Shown: positions 23,870 through 35,774 of the stretch, piece after piece | Position numbering within the stretch: position 1 is the stretch's first letter | Layout of the letters: each line of letters opens with the position of its first letter | Origin: a virus | IMG/VR virus record: IMGVR_UViG_3300012000_000005 | Span: 1 to 64,000 of that record | Reading direction: 5' to 3' (one strand) | Length of the DNA stretch: 64,000 bases | Position numbers and translations under genes: made by a program | Notes under the pieces: generated by a model | Seen by the model: only the letters and a program-made list of their open reading frames with translations | Told to the model about the DNA's origin: nothing | Database searches by the model: none

Positions 23870-25576
23870 TTGAGCGGCATTGATTTTTCTCCCCCAAGTT
23901 ATAGGGCAGCGTCCTCTGACTTAACTATTTCCATTTCCCCGCTAGGATTGGTGGAACTTGCAGATGAAGAATTTGAAGTTCATGGTCCGCGTCTTAATCG
24001 TTATTCTCTTAACTGGGCTATGTATTTGGGCCACCATTACTCCTATCGCCGCCAGGTTGGCGATGCACAGTTAGTACTTAATTACTACAGAGCATTTACA
24101 GACTTTATTATTAACTTTACGTTTGGTAAAGGGGTTAACTTCCGTTCACCAAAAGAAACAGAAGCTATTGTTCCAGACATTCTAGAACGTGTTTGGGAAG
24201 TAGATAACAACAAGGCAACAGTCCTATGGGAAATGGGACAGCAGGGCACCGTGTCAGGAGACTGCTTTGTAAAGGTTGCATACGAAGAACCTTGGACAGA
24301 TACTTCAGGATTTCAGCATCCAGGTCGTGTTCGTATCCTCCCACTCAACGCGTCGTTCTGTTTTCCAGAGTTTCACCCACATGACCGTGAACGCCTTATT
24401 CGCTTTAAATTAAAGTATCGTTTTTGGGGTACTTCTCTTGAAGGCACACGTCAAGTGTTTACCTATACTGAAATCCTCACTGATGACATTATTGAGGAGT
24501 ATATAAATGATGAACTCATTGACTCGCGCCCTAACCCGCTTGGTGTTATTCCCATTGTTCATATTCCAAATGTTCGCGTTAGCGGTTCTCCTTGGGGCCT
24601 TGCTGATTGCCATGACGTTATTAATATTAACCGCACTTATAACGAAACTGCTACTGATATTGCTGACATCGTTAATTATCACGCTGCGCCCGTTACCGTC
24701 ATCATCGGTGCAAAAGCTTCTCAGCTTGAGAAGGGTGCTAATAAAGTCTGGGGCGGATTACCAAAAGACGCAAAGGTAGAAAACCTAGAAGGCGGAGCAC
24801 AAGGACTTAAGGGTGCTATGGAATTCCTAGCAATGCTTAAGAAGTCTATGCACGAAATGATTGGTGTACCTGAAACAGCACTTGGTCAGGCTCAGCCTAT
24901 TTCTAACACATCAGGCGTTGCGCTATCTATTCAGTTCCAGCCTTTGATGAACCGCTACCACCAAAAGATTATTCAATATGCTCGCGGTCTAGAAAGAATT
25001 AATGACCTAATTCTTCGCAGTATTGCTATTAAAGAACCAGAGATGATGGTTTGGGACCCAACCCGCAACGTTAAATTAAAGAAGGGCCAGGTAGACAGGC
25101 TTGACCCACATGACCCTCTAACTTACTTAACCTACGTTCATTTCCCACAGCCATTGCCGTTAGATAAGCTTATTGCTCTTAACGAAGTTCAATCCATGCT
25201 TTCCCTTGGTCTTGAGTCCAAGGAAGGCGCCCTTCGTACTTTGGGAGAAGAGTTCCCAACAGAGAAACTTAACGAAATTCGTCAAGAGCTTCTTGATGAC
25301 GCTACAGCCGATGGCGCCCTTAAGTTGTTACAGACTCAAATTGAGCAGGAAATTGCAGAGCTTACAGGCACTATGCCTAACCCAGAAACTGGCGGTAAGC
25401 CTGGTCAACCTCTACAGCCAGGGGCCGCTGGTGCTCCTGCCGTCCTACCACCAACTATAGACGAAGCCCTAACCGCAGCAGATATGGGTGAGGCTGACTT
25501 ACGCAACAAGTTGGTAACCGAAGCTTATGGAACCGTCCTCCCACAGAGGCGAGTACCAGAAGAGTACGAAAAGTAA
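23870..25576 (+). CDS. Portal protein (SPP1 gp6-like)
   Basis: Size, position, NPLGVIPIVH.PN and SGVAL motifs. Confidence 0.85.
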   Translation: MSGIDFSPPSYRAASSDLTISISPLGLVELADEEFEVHGPRLNRYSLNWAMYLGHHYSYRRQVGDAQLVLNYYRAFTDFIINFTFGKGVNFRSPKETEAIVPDILERVWEVDNNKATVLWEMGQQGTVSGDCFVKVAYEEPWTDTSGFQHPGRVRILPLNASFCFPEFHPHDRERLIRFKLKYRFWGTSLEGTRQVFTYTEILTDDIIEEYINDELIDSRPNPLGVIPIVHIPNVRVSGSPWGLADCHDVININRTYNETATDIADIVNYHAAPVTVIIGAKASQLEKGANKVWGGLPKDAKVENLEGGAQGLKGAMEFLAMLKKSMHEMIGVPETALGQAQPISNTSGVALSIQFQPLMNRYHQKIIQYARGLERINDLILRSIAIKEPEMMVWDPTRNVKLKKGQVDRLDPHDPLTYLTYVHFPQPLPLDKLIALNEVQSMLSLGLESKEGALRTLGEEFPTEKLNEIRQELLDDATADGALKLLQTQIEQEIAELTGTMPNPETGGKPGQPLQPGAAGAPAVLPPTIDEALTAADMGEADLRNKLVTEAYGTVLPQRRVPEEYEK

Positions 25577-25681
25577 AGCGTTTACGCAGACATTTTCGTA
25601 TTAAAACGCAAAAATAGAAACAACGTTAGGTCATACGTGCTCTCACATCGGATAACGACCCCTAGAATGTAAAGGATACAT

Positions 25682-26461
25682 ATGGAAACAGCACAAGCTA
25701 ATGCTGAGGCCTTTGCGGCTGAAGCAGGGACAGTTCCAGTCGTAGCTGAGTCGTCAGGCAACTCTGTTGTCGCTGACGCACCTACTACTAAGGCAACTTC
25801 CAAGTTTTATACGGAAGATGATTTGGCTAGAGTTCGTAGCCAAGAAAAGGAAAAACTCTATCCTCAGATTGACAAGCTGAAGGAAGAACTAGACACTCTT
25901 AAGAAAGAACGTGAAGCAGAACTTGCAGCACGTGCAGCTGAAGCAGAAGCAAAAGCTAAAGCACAGCAAGAAGCTCTTGAGAATGACATGGATGTTCGTT
26001 CTTTACTTAAAACTAAGGAACAAGAGTGGCAGGAGCAGTTGGAGCGTGAGCGCCAAGAGCGTGAACGTGCCTTTGCTCTTCTGGAACGCGAAAAGTCTTT
26101 TGCTGACCTCCAGAACTACCGCACACAGCGTGTAGACAGCGAACGCGAAAACATTATTCCTGAACTCATTGACCTCATTAGCGGAAATACTCGCGAAGAG
26201 ATTGATGCATCAGTTGAAGGATTAAAAGAGCGTTCAGCAAGAATTCTTGAATCTGCGCAAAGTGCGATGCAGAACGCAAGGAGAGAAATGACGGGGACAA
26301 GGGTAACCACCCCGCCAGCTGGACCACTGGACACACAATCGGACCAAAGAAACTTCACGGCTGAAGATATTCAGTCAATGTCGATGAACGAATACGCAAA
26401 ATACAGAGAACGAATCATGAGCGACGCCGCTCGTGGTAAGTCTCGCGGCTTGTTCGGTTAA
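25682..26461 (+). CDS. Capsid scaffolding protein
   Basis: Coiled-coil, acidic; immediately upstream of major capsid gene. Confidence 0.75.
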   Translation: METAQANAEAFAAEAGTVPVVAESSGNSVVADAPTTKATSKFYTEDDLARVRSQEKEKLYPQIDKLKEELDTLKKEREAELAARAAEAEAKAKAQQEALENDMDVRSLLKTKEQEWQEQLERERQERERAFALLEREKSFADLQNYRTQRVDSERENIIPELIDLISGNTREEIDASVEGLKERSARILESAQSAMQNARREMTGTRVTTPPAGPLDTQSDQRNFTAEDIQSMSMNEYAKYRERIMSDAARGKSRGLFG

Positions 26462-26504
26462 ACCCAACAAATCCAAAACCAACCTAATAAGGAGTCACAA
26501 GTAA

Positions 26505-27575
26505 ATGGCATCTGGTATTACGGGTACTGGCAACCTTGCCGCAGCCCCAACAGCATACTCAGGTACTAACACCCAGCTGACTCAGGCGATTCAGACAATC
26601 TGGTCCAAGGAAATCTTGTTCCAGGCTATGCCTATCCTTCGCTTTGAGCAGTTCGCAGTCAAGAAGACTGAACTTGGTGTTGCACCTGGTCTACAGATTA
26701 ATTTCCTACGCTACAACAACCTCGGCTTCGCTAACAGCCTTGTTGAAGGTGTTCGTATGCAGACAAACGCATTGACTGCACAGCAGTTCTCAATCACAGT
26801 AACCGAGCATGGTTATGCTCTTGCTGTTTCTGAACTTCTTCTCAATGCATCATTCGATGACGTAATGGCTTCAGCCTCACGTCTTCTCGGTCGTAACATG
26901 GCTATCTACCTAGACCAGCTATCACGCGACACACTATATGCAGCAACTTCTACCATTTATGGTGAAGACCGCAGCAACCTCTCAGCAGTCAACAACTGGT
27001 ATGCATACGGTACAACCGCTGCTAACCGTGCTGCAATGACTGGCGCTAGCTATTTGACACCACACACTGTCAAGGACGCAGTTGAGAGCCTATCAACCAA
27101 GAACATCCCACGCCTCGGCGAAACATACGTTGCGTTTGTTCACCCACACCAGAGCCGTAGCCTACGCGATAACCCAGAGTTCATCGAAGTTACCAAGTAC
27201 GCTGCTCCAGGCAACTTCATGCTTGGCGAAATCGGCCGTCTATATGACTGCGTATTCATTGAGACCACACAGGTCCTCAAGGTCGCAGGCGGTGCTGGTA
27301 CTAACTACACCACAGATACAACTGTTGCTAACCCAACAGTAACTCCTGGTGGCGGTTACATCACACCTGCAACAAAGACAGGTAACGGACAGTCTGACCG
27401 TTATGCAGCTATCTTCATTGGAGATAACGCATTCGGACACGCAATCTCTCTTCCAGTCGAACTCCGCGATGGCGGTATTCTTGACTTCGGTCGTGAGCAT
27501 GCTCTTGCTTGGTACTCAATCTTCGGTCTTGGTCTAATCACTGACCAGTCTGTAATTATTGCAGAAACCAACTAA
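26505..27575 (+). CDS. Major capsid protein (N4 gp56-like HK97 fold)
   Basis: L.EGV, E.G, YVAFVHP, GEIGRL..C.FIET, DFGR...LAWY; optimised codons. Confidence 0.9.
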   Translation: MASGITGTGNLAAAPTAYSGTNTQLTQAIQTIWSKEILFQAMPILRFEQFAVKKTELGVAPGLQINFLRYNNLGFANSLVEGVRMQTNALTAQQFSITVTEHGYALAVSELLLNASFDDVMASASRLLGRNMAIYLDQLSRDTLYAATSTIYGEDRSNLSAVNNWYAYGTTAANRAAMTGASYLTPHTVKDAVESLSTKNIPRLGETYVAFVHPHQSRSLRDNPEFIEVTKYAAPGNFMLGEIGRLYDCVFIETTQVLKVAGGAGTNYTTDTTVANPTVTPGGGYITPATKTGNGQSDRYAAIFIGDNAFGHAISLPVELRDGGILDFGREHALAWYSIFGLGLITDQSVIIAETN

Positions 27576-27583
27576 TTCAAGCG

Positions 27584-27608
27584 GGGGGCGGTCTTAAAAA
27601 CCGCCCCC
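27584..27608 (+). terminator. Stem-loop after major capsid gene
   Basis: GGGGGCGGT-CTTAAAA-ACCGCCCCC. Confidence 0.65.
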
Positions 27609-27647
27609 TACTTACCCCCCATCGAGTTATTAATTAGGAGAACACAA

Positions 27648-28013
27648 ATGGCAAGTAAAGTAAAACCAACTGATGTTACTGGACGTAGTCGCGAAAAGCT
27701 TGCAGCTGATAATGCTGAAGCGCTGGCAGCTCGTGCACAGGAAATGTCCATGGCTACTGCCGAAGCACAAATTAAACTGGAAACAGAAGTAGTTGACGCT
27801 ACTGTTCCAAACAGACCAACTGTTATTGTTGATGACCCAACAGTTATTGACAAGAGTGATGAGTCAGTCGTTATTCGTGTCGTAGAAGACATTGAGTCAA
27901 TGACTCTTGGAGCAGGAAACTACTACAGCTTTAAAGCTGGACAAAAATATAAAGTGTCTCGTCAAGTTGCTCAGCACCTTGAGGAAAAAGGCTATCTAGC
28001 TGGAGTTATCTAA
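27648..28013 (+). CDS. Head-associated hypothetical protein
   Basis: AGGAG SD; position after capsid gene. Confidence 0.7.
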   Translation: MASKVKPTDVTGRSREKLAADNAEALAARAQEMSMATAEAQIKLETEVVDATVPNRPTVIVDDPTVIDKSDESVVIRVVEDIESMTLGAGNYYSFKAGQKYKVSRQVAQHLEEKGYLAGVI

Positions 28014-28099
28014 GCTAGGGACTTACACTTAATTCGGCGGAGCGGCGGACAGAAATGTCCGCTGTTTCGTTAGTCAATGTAGTAAAGGAGATGAATTAA

Positions 28100-29158
28100 G
28101 TGGCTTTAATGTCCGACCTAGTGTCGAGAGTACGTCTTGAACTAGGAGACCTACCTAAAGAATTTAATTTTGTCACCACCGCTGATGGTGCTACGAAAGA
28201 TTTTTATTTAAATACCAAGCCAGTAGAACCGTACACTCTTTATGTTACCGTTCTTGACGCGGCTGTTCCTGCCCCTTCTGGTTATAAATTAGAAAAAGAC
28301 CAGGGCATAATTCATTTTAGAGAACCACTAGACGCTGGAAACATTCTTAGTGTTCACGGAGTTAGCTACAGATACTTTACGGACTCCGATATTGAACGCT
28401 TTATTAACACTGCTATAGACCAGCACACTCACGAGCGTACCGATAAATACGGAACTCGTGTAACAATTAAAAGTATTGAACCTGTAGAAGAATATCCAAT
28501 TGCTATCCTTGCAGTTATTGAAGCTCTATGGGCACTATCAACCGATGCTGCTTTTGATATTAACATCATGGCTCCAGATGGCGTGATGATTCCTCGTTCT
28601 CAAAGATATGAACAGTTAACTAATATGGTTAACCAACGTTGGGAACAATACAAGCAACTATGCGCCGCTCTTAATATTGGCCTATGGCGTATTCAAATTG
28701 GAACTCTACGTCGTACTAGCCGACGTACTAATAAGCTTGTTCCTATCTATATTGGTCAGGAGATTGACGACAGTAGAAAGCCAGAGAGAGTTTGGCTTCC
28801 TAACGATGTCCTTGGCTATACACCTCCTCCAACTACCGCAGAGGTTTTTGACATTGTTATGTACCAGGGCGACTATTACGAGCAAATTATTGATTTTGCC
28901 TTTGATGTTACTGGTATTGATTGGAAGGCGGAAATCCGTACTTATCCAAATTCACCAGCTAGATATGCCACCTTTGATGTTACAATTCTAAATGCGGCAC
29001 AGGGAAGAATTAAGATATCGTTAAATAGCGATAAAACTAAATATCTGCCTGTTCGTGCGTTTTGGGATTTACAAGCAACCAGGGCAAATGACCCTACCTG
29101 GGAGCACACATATTTAAAGGGTCAGGTATTTGTAACCCAACAGGTAACGGTGGATTAG
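28100..29158 (+). CDS. Head-tail connector (neck) protein
   Basis: RVRLELGD...FTDSDI adaptor-like N-terminus; position. Confidence 0.6.
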   Translation: MALMSDLVSRVRLELGDLPKEFNFVTTADGATKDFYLNTKPVEPYTLYVTVLDAAVPAPSGYKLEKDQGIIHFREPLDAGNILSVHGVSYRYFTDSDIERFINTAIDQHTHERTDKYGTRVTIKSIEPVEEYPIAILAVIEALWALSTDAAFDINIMAPDGVMIPRSQRYEQLTNMVNQRWEQYKQLCAALNIGLWRIQIGTLRRTSRRTNKLVPIYIGQEIDDSRKPERVWLPNDVLGYTPPPTTAEVFDIVMYQGDYYEQIIDFAFDVTGIDWKAEIRTYPNSPARYATFDVTILNAAQGRIKISLNSDKTKYLPVRAFWDLQATRANDPTWEHTYLKGQVFVTQQVTVD

Positions 29159-29159
29159 A

Positions 29160-31637
29160 GTGGCTCCAGAAGAACTTTATGTAGTAGGTCCAGATAACAG
29201 CGCTTGGTACCCAACCGCTACTGGTCCGACTTCTCCTGCTCCTACAGGCGGTACTGGTCCTACTGGACCAACTGGCCCTACTGGTAGAACAGGTGCAACA
29301 GGACCAGCAGGTGCAACGGGTGCTGCTGGCGTTTCTGTAACAGGTCCTCAAGGTCCAACTGGCGCGCCAGGACCAACTGGTCCACAAGGTATCCAAGGTA
29401 ACGCTGGTCCAACTGGTGCAACTGGTCCTTCTGGTATTTCTGGTCTTCAAGGACCTACTGGTCCCACTGGACCATCTGGACAAGTAATCACTATTCGTGG
29501 TGAGTACCCAACACTTAATGATTTACAAACAGCACATCCAACTGGTAATCCAGGCGATGCTTATCTTCTTGCTAATGGCAATTTAATTATTTGGAACCCT
29601 ACGTTAAACGGGCCATCCACTGGTGGTTGGCAAAACGTAGGTAATCTAGAAGGACCAACTGGTCCTGCTGGAGTAACAGGTCCTACTGGTCCACGCGGAC
29701 AGCAAGGTGTACAAGGTCCTGTTGGTAATACTGGTACAACAGGTGATACTGGTCCTACTGGTCCGCAAGGCCCAACAGGTCCACAAGGTGCACGTGGTGA
29801 GACTGGTCCTATCGGTCCTACTGGTGTTGCTGGTCTTGTTGGACCAACAGGTGCTACTGGTGCACAAGGTCTTTCTATTACTGGCCCTACTGGTCCTCAA
29901 GGTAAGTCATTAACACTTCTCGGAAGTTTTGCTGATTTACAAGCACTAAACCTTGCGTATCCTCCAATAACACTTAAAGCTGGCGACACAGCTTTTATTG
30001 GAACTACATTCTATTACTGGAATCCATCCCCTGGTATTTGGGTTGCTACTTCCAATTTGATTGGACCTACAGGTCCTACAGGTGCCGTCGGTCCTACAGG
30101 TGCCGCATCAAACGTAACTGGTCCTACTGGTTTAACTGGAGCTACTGGTGCACAGGGTCCTATTGGTCCAACAGGTCCTCAAGGAAATATTGGTGCCACT
30201 GGTCCAACTGGAGCAGCATCAACGGTTCCTGGTCCTACTGGTCCTACTGGAACTACGCGCCCAGTAACAAGCGTTACATTTACAAGTCGAGGTGTTTGGA
30301 GTTCCTTAGGAACTTACGTATTAAATGATGGAGTTACTTACAACTCTGAAACATGGGTATTAACAAACGTTTCACAATTTACTGTTGGTACCGCACCTAA
30401 CGCTGATGGAAGCGGATGGGCACTTTATGTAAAAGGTGCTACAGGTGCTACGGGTCCTCAAGGTTCTGCTGGTCTTCCAGGTGCAATTGGTCCTACAGGT
30501 GCTCAAGGTCCACAAGGTATTCAAGGCCCTACTGGTCCACAGGGTACAGCAGGTACTCCAGGTTCTGTTGGTACCGCGGGTGCTACAGGTCCTACTGGTC
30601 CTCAAGGTGCTGGAATCTTTATTCTTGGTTCCTACAACTCATTAAGCGATTTACAAACAGCGCATCCAATTGGTGCAACTGGCGACGGTTATCTTGTTAA
30701 CGGTGTTCTATTTGTATGGGCTGGTTCTAACTGGGCAAGTGCTGGTGCAATTCAAGGACCAACAGGTGCTCAAGGTATTCAAGGTATCCAAGGTGCAACT
30801 GGTCCTAAAGGAGATACTGGTCCACAAGGACCTCAAGGTATTCAAGGAATTCAAGGACCAGTTGGTCCTACTGGCTTAACTGGTGCGACTGGTGCGCAAG
30901 GAACTCAAGGTCTTCAAGGTCTTCAAGGTGTAACAGGTCCTACAGGTCCGCAAGGTCCTCAAGGTGTTACTGGTCCAACAGGTATTCAGGGACGCGGTCT
31001 TGCAATTCTTGGTTCGTTTGATACGTTCCAACAATTAACTGCAACCATAACCAATCCTGCAACTGGTGACGGTTATTTAATTCAAGGTCAGTTATATATT
31101 TGGCAAGGTACTGCGTGGATTAACGCAGGCTTTGTTCAAGGCCCAACAGGTCCTACTGGACAAACAGGTATTCAAGGTCCTACAGGTGCAACTGGTGCGG
31201 CTTCAACTGTTCCAGGTCCTACTGGTGCTACAGGCCCAACTCCATTTACCGTTATTGGTACTTGGCAAAGTGGAATTTCATATCAACCTGGTCAAGCCGT
31301 TTTCTATGACACCCCAACATTAAAAGGAACGTACCTACGCAGAAACAACAATTCTACTGCTGGCATTACTCCTTTAGAAGACCCAGCTGGTTGGCAAGTA
31401 ATTGTTGCTGCAACTATTGGACCAACTGGAGCTACAGGTCCACAAGGTTTAACTGGTCTACAAGGTCCAACTGGTTCTCAAGGTATTCAGGGTGTAACAG
31501 GACCAACAGGAAGTCAGGGTTTACTAGGTCCAACAGGCCCTACAGGCACTACACTACTTAATGTAGATGGTGGCGGCCCTGCAACAAATTATGGCGGAGT
31601 TATAACCATCAACGGAGGAGACGTGAGCGGTAACTAA
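29160..31637 (+). CDS. Collagen-like fibre protein
   Basis: Extensive Gly-X-Y (GPT/GAT/GPQ) runs interrupted by repeated globular modules. Confidence 0.9.
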   Translation: MAPEELYVVGPDNSAWYPTATGPTSPAPTGGTGPTGPTGPTGRTGATGPAGATGAAGVSVTGPQGPTGAPGPTGPQGIQGNAGPTGATGPSGISGLQGPTGPTGPSGQVITIRGEYPTLNDLQTAHPTGNPGDAYLLANGNLIIWNPTLNGPSTGGWQNVGNLEGPTGPAGVTGPTGPRGQQGVQGPVGNTGTTGDTGPTGPQGPTGPQGARGETGPIGPTGVAGLVGPTGATGAQGLSITGPTGPQGKSLTLLGSFADLQALNLAYPPITLKAGDTAFIGTTFYYWNPSPGIWVATSNLIGPTGPTGAVGPTGAASNVTGPTGLTGATGAQGPIGPTGPQGNIGATGPTGAASTVPGPTGPTGTTRPVTSVTFTSRGVWSSLGTYVLNDGVTYNSETWVLTNVSQFTVGTAPNADGSGWALYVKGATGATGPQGSAGLPGAIGPTGAQGPQGIQGPTGPQGTAGTPGSVGTAGATGPTGPQGAGIFILGSYNSLSDLQTAHPIGATGDGYLVNGVLFVWAGSNWASAGAIQGPTGAQGIQGIQGATGPKGDTGPQGPQGIQGIQGPVGPTGLTGATGAQGTQGLQGLQGVTGPTGPQGPQGVTGPTGIQGRGLAILGSFDTFQQLTATITNPATGDGYLIQGQLYIWQGTAWINAGFVQGPTGPTGQTGIQGPTGATGAASTVPGPTGATGPTPFTVIGTWQSGISYQPGQAVFYDTPTLKGTYLRRNNNSTAGITPLEDPAGWQVIVAATIGPTGATGPQGLTGLQGPTGSQGIQGVTGPTGSQGLLGPTGPTGTTLLNVDGGGPATNYGGVITINGGDVSGN

Positions 31638-32050
31638 TGGCAATTAAATTACAATTACGTCGTGGTACGGCGTCAGAATGGTCAACAACTAACCCTCTTC
31701 TTTCCGAAGGTGAACTAGGTCTTGAGCTTGACACTGGAAAGTTTAAAGTTGGCAATGGAACTCAAAACTGGAATGCGTTAGTATATGCATCTGGTATACA
31801 GGGACCTACAGGACCACAAGGACCAGCAGGCTCAAACGGCGCTGCAGGTGCAAACGGTTCTGCGGGACCACAAGGACCAACAGGCTTGCGTGGACCAACA
31901 GGTGCACAAGGCCCCGCTGGAGACGGTGGAGTTGGTCAACTACTTGCTATGGATGCGCAGTTAGAACTTGGAATATTCTTTCCGCGTTATTCACAGACAC
32001 GTACTACTACTGTTGTACAAACCGTTATTCCACCAATTTCGCTTATCTAG
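31637..32050 (+). CDS. Short collagen-like protein with Mtd/hyaluronidase-type N-terminal domain
   Basis: QLRRGT..EW...NP.L..GE.G.E.DT.K.KVGNG followed by Gly-X-Y. Confidence 0.8.
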   Translation: MAIKLQLRRGTASEWSTTNPLLSEGELGLELDTGKFKVGNGTQNWNALVYASGIQGPTGPQGPAGSNGAAGANGSAGPQGPTGLRGPTGAQGPAGDGGVGQLLAMDAQLELGIFFPRYSQTRTTTVVQTVIPPISLI

Positions 32051-32064
32051 GAAGGTAACAATTA

Positions 32065-35000
32065 ATGGCACGTAATATTGCGCCCGAGGATTATGTATTT
32101 AATCCGACTCTTAAGACTATTACTATTGAGCGCTACATCAAGAAAATTCACATCTTCCTTATTGTTAACGCAACAACTAATCAGATTCTTTTTAACTTTT
32201 CTGACCCAGATAAAAAAGCTACGGTCAGCTATATATATCCAGACACAAGCGTATCTAATCCTTACGGAGAAACTAACTATAAAACTGTAATTCAGTTAGA
32301 CGCAGCTATTAGCACAGCGGGTATGACCGCTAATGACACACTTCAAATTGTTGTTGATGATGAGCACCAGAAGGTCACATTTGATGACACCTTTATTGAC
32401 GGAGCGCAGAAGCTTCGTACATCTAGCCCTCAGTCACTTATGGATACTGACTTTGAATACTCAGTACAGCCATCTAAATGGGAGGCGCTATTCCTTCACA
32501 ACAACTACCCATCATTCTTCCCTAAAGGAACTGGTGGTAACTCCCTTGACATCGTGTCTATGACTGGTAATGGAGTTAGACCACGTTCTACTATGACAGT
32601 TACAACTGCGCTTCCTCACGGTCTAACCCCAGGACAGGTAGTATCTGTTCAAGAAACTCTTAACTATCTTGCAGAGGGTACCTCTCTTGTAACTTCAGCG
32701 CCTACCCCTGAAACTTTTACATACACAGCTCGTGGAGTTGTTTCGGGAGACGTTCTTTCTGGAACGCTTACTAGCGTATACGGTGGAGACATTTTTGACG
32801 GCGCTCACATTCCTGGAGGTAACTTCCCAATTGGTGGAGTTAGCACTCTAAAAGATTGGAGAGCTACTACAGACGGTGCGGCACCAGTTTCAAAAGTAAC
32901 AGTTCAATTTGAACAGCCACACGGTGTTTATCCAGGAGCACTTATTGTTGTTACTGGTACAAACAGCTTTGATGGTAACTGGTCAGTAAGCGAAGTTCCA
33001 ACAACAAGAACATTATCCTTTCAATTAGACCGTCAGCAGTCTGCTGTGTCAGTTCCTAATACAGCATTAATTCTTACAAAAGGCGACGGATATATCGTAC
33101 ACAGGCCATTTGATGGCGGAGTTTCTTTGACAACTGGTACTAATACAATGGGTAACCAAGTTATTCGTCAAACCCGCCGTTACTTCCGCTACCAGTCTGG
33201 TAAGGGCATTCAGTTCTCAACTGGTGCTCAATTAACTCCAGTATTTGACGTAGAGCAAATGTACTTAAATGGCGGAGCAATTGGACCAGCTATTGTTACA
33301 GTTAAGACTGTACAAGACCATGGTCTACAAGCTGGTGTAGGTATTCAGGTTGAAGGCGTTATTACCCGTGGAGCTTATAATCCTTTTAATGGTGATAACT
33401 TTGTTGTTACTGAAATTATTGATGTTAACACATTTACCTATGCAGTAAATCTAACTCAAACAGTTTCTTTAACTGACCAGAACCCAGCGGGTGTTAACGT
33501 ATACGTACACGCTCGTACTTGGTACGGAGCTGTTACTCGCGCTGGTATGTTTGATGACCAAAATGGTTTCTTCTTTGAATATGACGGAACAAAAATGTAT
33601 GCTTGCCGTCGTCACTCTGAAAAAGAAGCTATTGGACGTATTAACGTAACTAAAGACTCAAGTTTTGTTACTGGTTTATCTACTCAGTTCCGCAAACAGC
33701 TTGTAGTTGGTCAATCAATTGTTATTAAGGGCGCTACATATAGAGTTGTTCAAATTAACTCTGCAACATCCATGAATATTGCCCCTGCTTACAAAGGAAC
33801 GTCTGGTCTTCGTACAAGATTTATGATTACACAGAACGAAAGAATTCCTCAAGAAGAGTGGAACATTGACCGTTTTGACGGTACAGGACCATCTGGTTAC
33901 AAGATGGATATTGGCCGCATGCAGATGATTTATATCGACTATACCTGGTACGGTGCTGGAACTATTCGTTGGGGTATGCGTGGCGTAAATGGAAAGATTG
34001 TTTGGTGCCATAGACTACCTATGAACAACGTCAATAACGCCGCCTATCAGCGTTCAGGTAACTTGCCTGCACGTTATGAAGTATCTAACGACCCTGGTTA
34101 TTTTTCACGTATGTTAGCTGGTGGCTCCGCTGGAGTTATTGGAACACAACTTGGGCCTGATGACAATGTTCTGTGGGTAGAAAACACGGCAGATTGGCCA
34201 GCCGCTGGTTATGTTTGGGTTAGAGATGATACCAACTGCGAAATTATGCGCTACTCTTCAGTAGGAGCGTACGACCCAGTAAAGAAATGCGCACCTATCT
34301 TTATCGCAGAACGTAGAGCATCTGTTACACAAATTTATCCAGATATTCCATTTACTTTTTCTGGAACAAAGTCACGTGTAACATTTACCCCAGATTCCTC
34401 ATTTACTGGTGTTGGAGGAAATCCTCAGGTAGCAGTTCAGTCAATTACTCAAAATTGCGCACCTATCATTAGCCACTGGGGTTCCTCAGTTATTATGGAC
34501 GGTAGGTTTGACGATGACTCAAGCTTTATCTTTACTGGTGGTATGACAAAGCTTCTTAGCGTAGCAGCAGGTGTTCAAAGACCTCTTATTGCTATTCGTT
34601 TGGCACCGACCGTAGATAACGCTATTGCACGTAACTATGGTATTAGAGAGTTAACTAACCGAATGCAATTAAAGTTAAACTCTATTGGTGTTACTACTAA
34701 CGGACAGTTCCGTATAGATGGCTTACTAAACCCAAACAAACTCGAATACACTAGATGGACCGCGGCCCAGATGACTACAACTCGTTCGTCTGTAACTGGA
34801 GCATCTGGCGTTAACACTATTACTATTGCTGATACCTCAGGTACTAACGGTATTGTTCCTGGAATGTTGGTAACAGGAACTGGTATTGGTTCAGGAGCTA
34901 CTATTGCTTCTGTAGCCGCAAACAGAGTAACTTTGTCGGTTGCAAACTCGGGAACTGTTTCTGGAACTATTACCTTTACGCCTCGTTCTGGTTTAGCTGG

Positions 35001-35361
35001 AATTCCAGATGATTGGGGTCGTGACCTCGTTGGTTCTGGTTCTTTGGCTCAGATTATCTACTTTGATAACACTGGTCCTGGAGCTGGTAACGCCCAAACT
35101 GCCTCAGGCCTTGTCACGGGTGGAGACTCTGTAGCGTCTTTCTACTCAGAAAATGGCGCTGGTGGCACCAACTACAACATCTCTAACTATGACCTAAGTA
35201 AAATTAGGGACCTTGGTAACTCAATTCTTAGCGGAAATGGCAATGTATCTAGCCCATCATACCCAAATGGCCCAGACCTACTTGTTATTGCCGCGACAAA
35301 TATCGGTACCGCATCAGCCAATATTGCCGCTCGTATCTCATGGACTGAGGCTCAGGCATAA
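32065..35361 (+). CDS. Large virion structural or fibre protein
   Basis: Repeated T..PHG...G..V.V modules; RQTRRYFRYQSGKG lectin-like region. Confidence 0.7.
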   Translation: MARNIAPEDYVFNPTLKTITIERYIKKIHIFLIVNATTNQILFNFSDPDKKATVSYIYPDTSVSNPYGETNYKTVIQLDAAISTAGMTANDTLQIVVDDEHQKVTFDDTFIDGAQKLRTSSPQSLMDTDFEYSVQPSKWEALFLHNNYPSFFPKGTGGNSLDIVSMTGNGVRPRSTMTVTTALPHGLTPGQVVSVQETLNYLAEGTSLVTSAPTPETFTYTARGVVSGDVLSGTLTSVYGGDIFDGAHIPGGNFPIGGVSTLKDWRATTDGAAPVSKVTVQFEQPHGVYPGALIVVTGTNSFDGNWSVSEVPTTRTLSFQLDRQQSAVSVPNTALILTKGDGYIVHRPFDGGVSLTTGTNTMGNQVIRQTRRYFRYQSGKGIQFSTGAQLTPVFDVEQMYLNGGAIGPAIVTVKTVQDHGLQAGVGIQVEGVITRGAYNPFNGDNFVVTEIIDVNTFTYAVNLTQTVSLTDQNPAGVNVYVHARTWYGAVTRAGMFDDQNGFFFEYDGTKMYACRRHSEKEAIGRINVTKDSSFVTGLSTQFRKQLVVGQSIVIKGATYRVVQINSATSMNIAPAYKGTSGLRTRFMITQNERIPQEEWNIDRFDGTGPSGYKMDIGRMQMIYIDYTWYGAGTIRWGMRGVNGKIVWCHRLPMNNVNNAAYQRSGNLPARYEVSNDPGYFSRMLAGGSAGVIGTQLGPDDNVLWVENTADWPAAGYVWVRDDTNCEIMRYSSVGAYDPVKKCAPIFIAERRASVTQIYPDIPFTFSGTKSRVTFTPDSSFTGVGGNPQVAVQSITQNCAPIISHWGSSVIMDGRFDDDSSFIFTGGMTKLLSVAAGVQRPLIAIRLAPTVDNAIARNYGIRELTNRMQLKLNSIGVTTNGQFRIDGLLNPNKLEYTRWTAAQMTTTRSSVTGASGVNTITIADTSGTNGIVPGMLVTGTGIGSGATIASVAANRVTLSVANSGTVSGTITFTPRSGLAGIPDDWGRDLVGSGSLAQIIYFDNTGPGAGNAQTASGLVTGGDSVASFYSENGAGGTNYNISNYDLSKIRDLGNSILSGNGNVSSPSYPNGPDLLVIAATNIGTASANIAARISWTEAQA

Positions 35362-35435
35362 TGTCCACGGTTTACTATGGCAAGACATTTAAAAATGCTA
35401 CACTTTTAATAACCTCGGAAGGTAGGTAATAACAC

Positions 35436-35774
35436 ATGCCCGATTACTCATCGCTGTCTACGCAGATTACTGCTGTTAAGACAGAGATTACAGATAGTCT
35501 TGCAGCGAGCACATATACCGCACAGGACCTTGTGTTCGTCGCCAAGGCATTAGAAACCCTTGGCAGCCTGCTAGGGGTAAACGACATTGTTGCTGCAACC
35601 GCAGACCGCGTCACAGCAATTACAACTGCTGGTACCTCACAAGTTGCTGCTGTTAACTCAGCTGGCACTACACAGGTTTCTGCAGTTAACACTGCAGGAA
35701 ATACAAAGATAGCTGCTATCCAAGCGGAGTCAGCTAACTTAACCAATCTAGCTTATATAGGAGTACTAGCATAA
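35436..35774 (+). CDS. Small fibre-associated protein
   Basis: AGT.QV.AVN repeats. Confidence 0.65.
   Translation: MPDYSSLSTQITAVKTEITDSLAASTYTAQDLVFVAKALETLGSLLGVNDIVAATADRVTAITTAGTSQVAAVNSAGTTQVSAVNTAGNTKIAAIQAESANLTNLAYIGVLA

Noticed and set aside
29160-31637. Collagen fibre as the main substrate of the prolyl hydroxylase
   Set aside because: Pro is mostly at X rather than Y, and the gene is distant from the oxygenases; possible but unsupported
29160-32050. DNA-level tandem repeat or DGR template/variable repeat (Mtd-like N-terminus nearby)
   Set aside because: Repeats are explained by Gly-X-Y coding; no reverse transcriptase or adenine-variant repeat pair was seen
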